Made by a program: the position numbers and the translations under genes. DNA of 56,683 nt, filler included, from Bipalium vagum (lineage: Eukaryota), in assembly GCA_037834085.1 (NCBI GenBank). It is 2 parts of 2 records of this genome, joined end to end, with 100 filler letters (N's around TTAATTAATTAA, not from the genome) between each part and the next. Parts side by side here need not be neighbours in the genome. Positions count along the whole stretch, not along the records: positions 28,805 to 56,683 come from JBBMKC010075163.1; 1 more part is not named here. The stretch is one strand, 5' to 3'. This document shows positions 52,001 to 56,683 of this stretch, in pieces. The notes under the pieces are model-generated. The model was given only the letters and a program-made list of their open reading frames with translations. It had not been told where the DNA came from and did no database searches. Positions within the stretch are counted from its first letter, which is position 1, and every line of letters begins with the position of its first letter.

Positions 52001-54604
52001 AGAAGAAGAGTTTGGCAATTCAGATCATTATGATGAAGAAAACTATCATCATTATCCAACTCGTTCGAAATTTGAATCGATATCTTCAGATGAATCAGAT
52101 TTAGGTGATGATCATGCGATGACCAGGTATATATGGAAAATGTGAATCACTTTTTAAGCATGATAACGATTTTCTTTATTTAGTTATGAAAGAGATTCTC
52201 AATCTGTTTCGTCAAGAAGTTCTTCGTCGGAATCTTTCGGTAGCAGTATTTCAAGTAGTCGAAATCCAAAGAAAAGACACAAAAAGTCCAAAAGCCCGAA
52301 AAATTCGACTCAGCACGATGAGGATGAAGATAAATTGATTTTTTCCCCAGTAAAGGACCAAGAATCAGAAGAAGAAGAAATCGATTCTAGGCCTTTGTAT
52401 TTTCCTGCTGTTCAAGTATAGATCTTAAGATATTTAATTGATTTTTTTTAATCTTCAATCACTTTTAGGGATGTCGTTTGGTGGAAGAGTTCGAATGCTT
52501 GAACAAAATAGAAGAAGGTACATACGGAGTGGTTTTCCGAGCCCGTGATAGGAAAACTAATGAAATTGTGGCGCTAAAGCGATTAAAAATGGAAAAGGAG
52601 CGTGACGGGTTTCCTATTACATCGTTGCGAGAAATCAATACTTTAATGAAGGCTCAGCATGAAAATATTGTCACGGTGAGAGAAGTTGTGGTCGGCAGCA
52701 ATATGGACAAAATCTATTTGGTTATGGATTTTATAGAGCACGACTTGAAATCACTGATGATAGTAAGTTTTTGTTTGAAATAATAATAATTTGAGCCATA
52801 TTATCATACTTCTATTTAAAAAGACCATATTTGGATCTTAGAGAGTTCAGGAATGATTACTTGAGGTACCAGTTTTAAAAAATATTAAAATTAACTGGTT
52901 TTTAAAAGGGTAATTTGGTCAATAAATTATCTAATATGAGATAATCGATTTTCGTATGCGATCTTTCCGATGGTACTTTGTTATTCGTTATTAATTATTG
53001 ATTGATGTGTTTATCATTTTCTCTGTACATTCTCGTTGGATAAAATTTCTGTTTTGACAGTTATCATGTATTCTTGAAATACTTAAAATTTTCATTGTCT
53101 ATGAAATTCGTTTACTCTAAAATGCTTCTCTATTAGCACACGAATGTCTTGGTCATGTCTGATATAAAAACGTAATTATCTATCTGATCATCCGAGATGA
53201 AATCAATTCTTAATTTTTTCATTCTTCATCACGGAACAAATAAGAAAATAAAGATTAATGCCAAAAATGATCTATTTGATCTAATTTTTGAACTAAATTA
53301 ATATAAAAATTCAATTGAAAGTGATTATATTTCAAAGATATATAAATCGATGATGTCAATAATTTTACTTCTGTCTGTTTAATAATAAAATTGTTTCATC
53401 TTTTTTAAAAATTTCTTTTCATGAGATTTTTCCAATTTTATTTATCGAATTCGCTTCCCTAATGATTGAAAGGTTTATAACATCGGTCTTCAAAGTAATT
53501 TCACATCGATAATTTTTTTGAATTTTTTAAAAAAATTGATTTATCGGTTTATTCCTTCAGTCAATGCCCAAGCCATTTGAAATTTGCGAAGTCAAATGTC
53601 TGATGCTTCAACTGTTGAGTGCTGTTGCCCACCTCCATGACAATTGGATTCTTCACAGAGATCTGAAGACCTCCAACTTGTTATTGAGTCACAAAGGTGT
53701 GTTGAAAGTTGCAGATTTCGGTTTGGCTCGTGAATATGGAAGCCCTCTGAAAAATTATACTCGAGTTGTCGTAACTCTCTGGTACCGAGCACCGGAATTG
53801 CTTTTAGGTATTGACTTTTAATTGTGTCACTTTTTGTGCATGAAATTTTTATTGATCAAAATCTTTTTTTATCCATTCTAAAAATTTCTAATATTGATTA
53901 AAAATTATTGAGCAAAAATCAGTCAAGTTATTTGAATTGTAAATTATTCATCATTAAATTAATAATAATAATAAAAATAATTAATTATCATTATCATTAT
54001 CATTACGTTATTGACTATTAGATTTCTAGGTACAAAAGTGTATTCGACACAAATCGATTTGTGGAGTGTCGGTTGTATTTTCGGAGAACTGTTATTAATG
54101 GTGCCTCTTTTCCCGGGAAAATCAGAAGCAGATCAAATAAATATACTGTTCAAAGAGTTGGGGACACCAAGCGAAAAAATCTGGCCTGGTGTGTCTAATT
54201 TACCGAACATTAAAAGATTCGAGTTCGGAAAATTCGAATACAATAGATTGGCCAAAAAATTCAATATGACGCTTTCCGAAAGCGGTCTGGAATTGATTAA
54301 TAGGTGGTTTCTGTTCTTTGGCATTATTAATTATGTTTATTGTGTGTGGGCTTTCAGATTTTTAGCATATTGTCCAGATCGTCGAATCACGGCTGAGGAA
54401 GCACTCAATCACAGTTACTTCAACGAGTCTCCCAAAGCAATCTCATCGGAGATGTTTCCCACTCGACCTGCCAAATCTGAGGGCGGAGTCTTTCTGAGAT
54501 CGCGTCTAATTTCATCCCCGAAACCTCCATCTGGTGGTCAGGTTGCCAATCGATTAAATGATGATAAAATTTTAGGATTGGAAAATTTATACAATCGTCG
54601 TTGA
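49022..54604 (+). CDS. CDK11: Cyclin-dependent kinase 11 (PITSLRE), ~10 exons
   Basis: [53 protein letters not shown] and C-terminal [10 protein letters not shown]; basic, acidic and Ser-rich N-terminal exons. The 5' exons (49022-49038, 49097-49287, 49329-49432) join in phase but are less certain than the kinase exons. Confidence 0.93.
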
Positions 54605-55964
54605 TCAATTGATTTTTTGTACCTTTGTAAATAAAATGAATAATTTTTATTTAATTCTATCGACTTTTCTACAGATTATATTATATTTTATATTATAAAA
54701 AAATCGCATTTGATATGAAGGGAACACTTTTAAAATTCTTTCCAACTTCATTTGTTAATCATAATGAATCACCACTTCGGTCGTGATGATTGACCACTTG
54801 TTTAGTGAGAAATAGTTGGTATATCTGGAAGATTCAAGGCTAAATATGAACAAAATCACCAGGTATTTTACTTTAGTAATAGATAGAATTTAAAGTTGAA
54901 ATAATATTTATCTTGAAATATCATTTGATGGATTTGATTCATTTTCAATCTCGATTAATATGTTTATTTAACTGTAATTATTGAGTTTCGCATATTTTTG
55001 ATGTTTCTAACCAAATGAGGATTTAAATAATTTCGATAGAAATTATTGATTTTTAAATAAGTAGAAATAATAAATATTGCAATCATAGGTTATCATGGTT
55101 ATAGAATCTATGGTACTATACATATTTAGGCTAAATTTTTACATGACTGCGGTGATCTTACCGATGAATAATAGTAAGACCAATGACCACAAGTTGGCTG
55201 GTGGGGCTGAGTTTTCTTCAGCCCACATCTGCTTAGTCAGAACGTGAATTGAATTACCTAGCGGTTCTGAACAATGTTTCAGAAGTCCCCGGGTTTGTAT
55301 GAGGATCTACCTGTTCTTTGATGATTTTTCACTTAAAAATATTGTCATCATGTTTCGTTTTGTCTTAGAACGGATCTTTTTAAGTATACGTAACACTTTC
55401 AGATTATTTAAATTAATTAGTTTAAGTTAAATATTTAAAAAGTGTGGAGCTTCCAACAATAAAAATTTGTTTTTACAAAACAATTGAATATCTTTTGTGA
55501 TTGATATAATAAATATTTAATTTTTATTTAACAGTTGTTTTCTAAAATTGGGATTGTCAAATTGGAGAACAAATCTTATTCGTATTTTATTAATATTCAT
55601 AATAATTATTATCAAAACAATAGTAACAGAAAGTAATAATAATCAGGTTAATAATACAATAAAATCAGGCCAAGCATATTTCTTATCCTAATCTGAGCTA
55701 GAAATTCAAAAAAAAATTTTTTGTGGACATCAGCACCTATAAAGCGGGTCCCGATTTATAGACTCAAGCTCTGTTAGCGGTGCATATTCAGACAATGGGA
55801 AAAAACTGCTGAGCATTATTGTTATTAAATTTGTTTAACTTAATTCCAAACAGTCAGAAATCCTAGGGTATGCGTTTAACCGTGGACGCTATGAAACTTA
55901 AGCTTGGAAGAAGCAATCAAAAACAAGATATTCTTATATCACCATGAAGAAAACTGTGGCATAT

Positions 55965-56683
55965 ACAGTCGGATACATTAAATTGTCTAGTATAAAAAAT
56001 TACAACATTTTTATTATATGTATATTATATTTATATACAGAAAACAATATATTGTTAATATTTAGTATATCCTCCAGCTGCATCGATTATTACGGAAAGC
56101 CTTCGCCCCAACATAATCTACAAGACTGTACCAGTAATTCTCTTCTCCCATGATAGTTGTCCACAAATCCTGACGCCTGTCAGATGTAGTTGGCTTTACG
56201 AGCATATGATTAAGCTGGTGTTTCATGCAACCCCATACATTTTTGATGGGATTGGCATCGAGACTGATTGATAGCCACGACAGAAGAGGTAATTAATGAT
56301 CATCAAACCAATCTCTTGTGAATTTGGCAGTATGCATTGGTGCATTATCTTGCTGGTAGAATTCGATGTTGTTCATTTGATCGACGAAAGGAAGGAGGTT
56401 CTGTTCAACATATCCTTCAAAATTAAGCCGCTGTTGAATTCTAACCAAATTACTGTAACCATCTCTAGAAAACGATCCCTACACCATGCAGTGACATCAA
56501 CTTCTGTTTGGAAGGTGGGTAACAAACCGATCCTGCAGTGTAGTGCTTTTCCTTTGCCATACGAATTGTTGTATATTATTCGTCTGAAACTTTGATTAAT
56601 CACTGAAGACCTGGGCCCTGGTTTCTTTTTACTTGTTTTTTGCTGATATCTACATAAACTTGCTGCTGCATATCTGGATACAC
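55965..56683 (-). mobile_element. Tc1-like transposon, 3' part, frameshifted, running off the window
   Basis: QDNAPMHTAKFTRDWF and DANPIKNVW; TIR-like TA-CAGTCGGATAC at 55963. Confidence 0.85.

Overview
A very AT-rich, TE-littered animal (metazoan) nuclear region with GT-AG spliceosomal genes. Introns are bimodal: 40-65 nt, or multi-kb and filled with TEs. A flatworm-like invertebrate is only a guess. Host genes modelled by hand: a complete secreted astacin metalloprotease (-, 4350-5306); a complete SLC16/MCT-like MFS transporter (-, 6846-20000) split by an 11.7-kb intron; the terminal exon of CEP104 (-, 27915-28256); a complete cytosolic NADP-malic enzyme (+, 34955-48075); and CDK11/PITSLRE kinase (+, 49022-54604). 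The rest is mostly decayed mariner, Tc1, pogo/Tigger, hAT, Ty3/gypsy and Polinton-like sequence plus two clean MITEs. An artificial N44-TTAATTAATTAA-N44 spacer at 28705-28804 means the two halves may not be physically adjacent. I see no convincing multi-gene novel system. The best leads are an LTR-like family whose palindromes show compensatory base changes, an inverted CEP104 pseudo-exon, an unidentified spliced pseudogene next to a Polinton pX-like relic inside the MCT intron, and a Ulp1-protease/Helitron-like relic. All family assignments come from motif recognition, not database searches.
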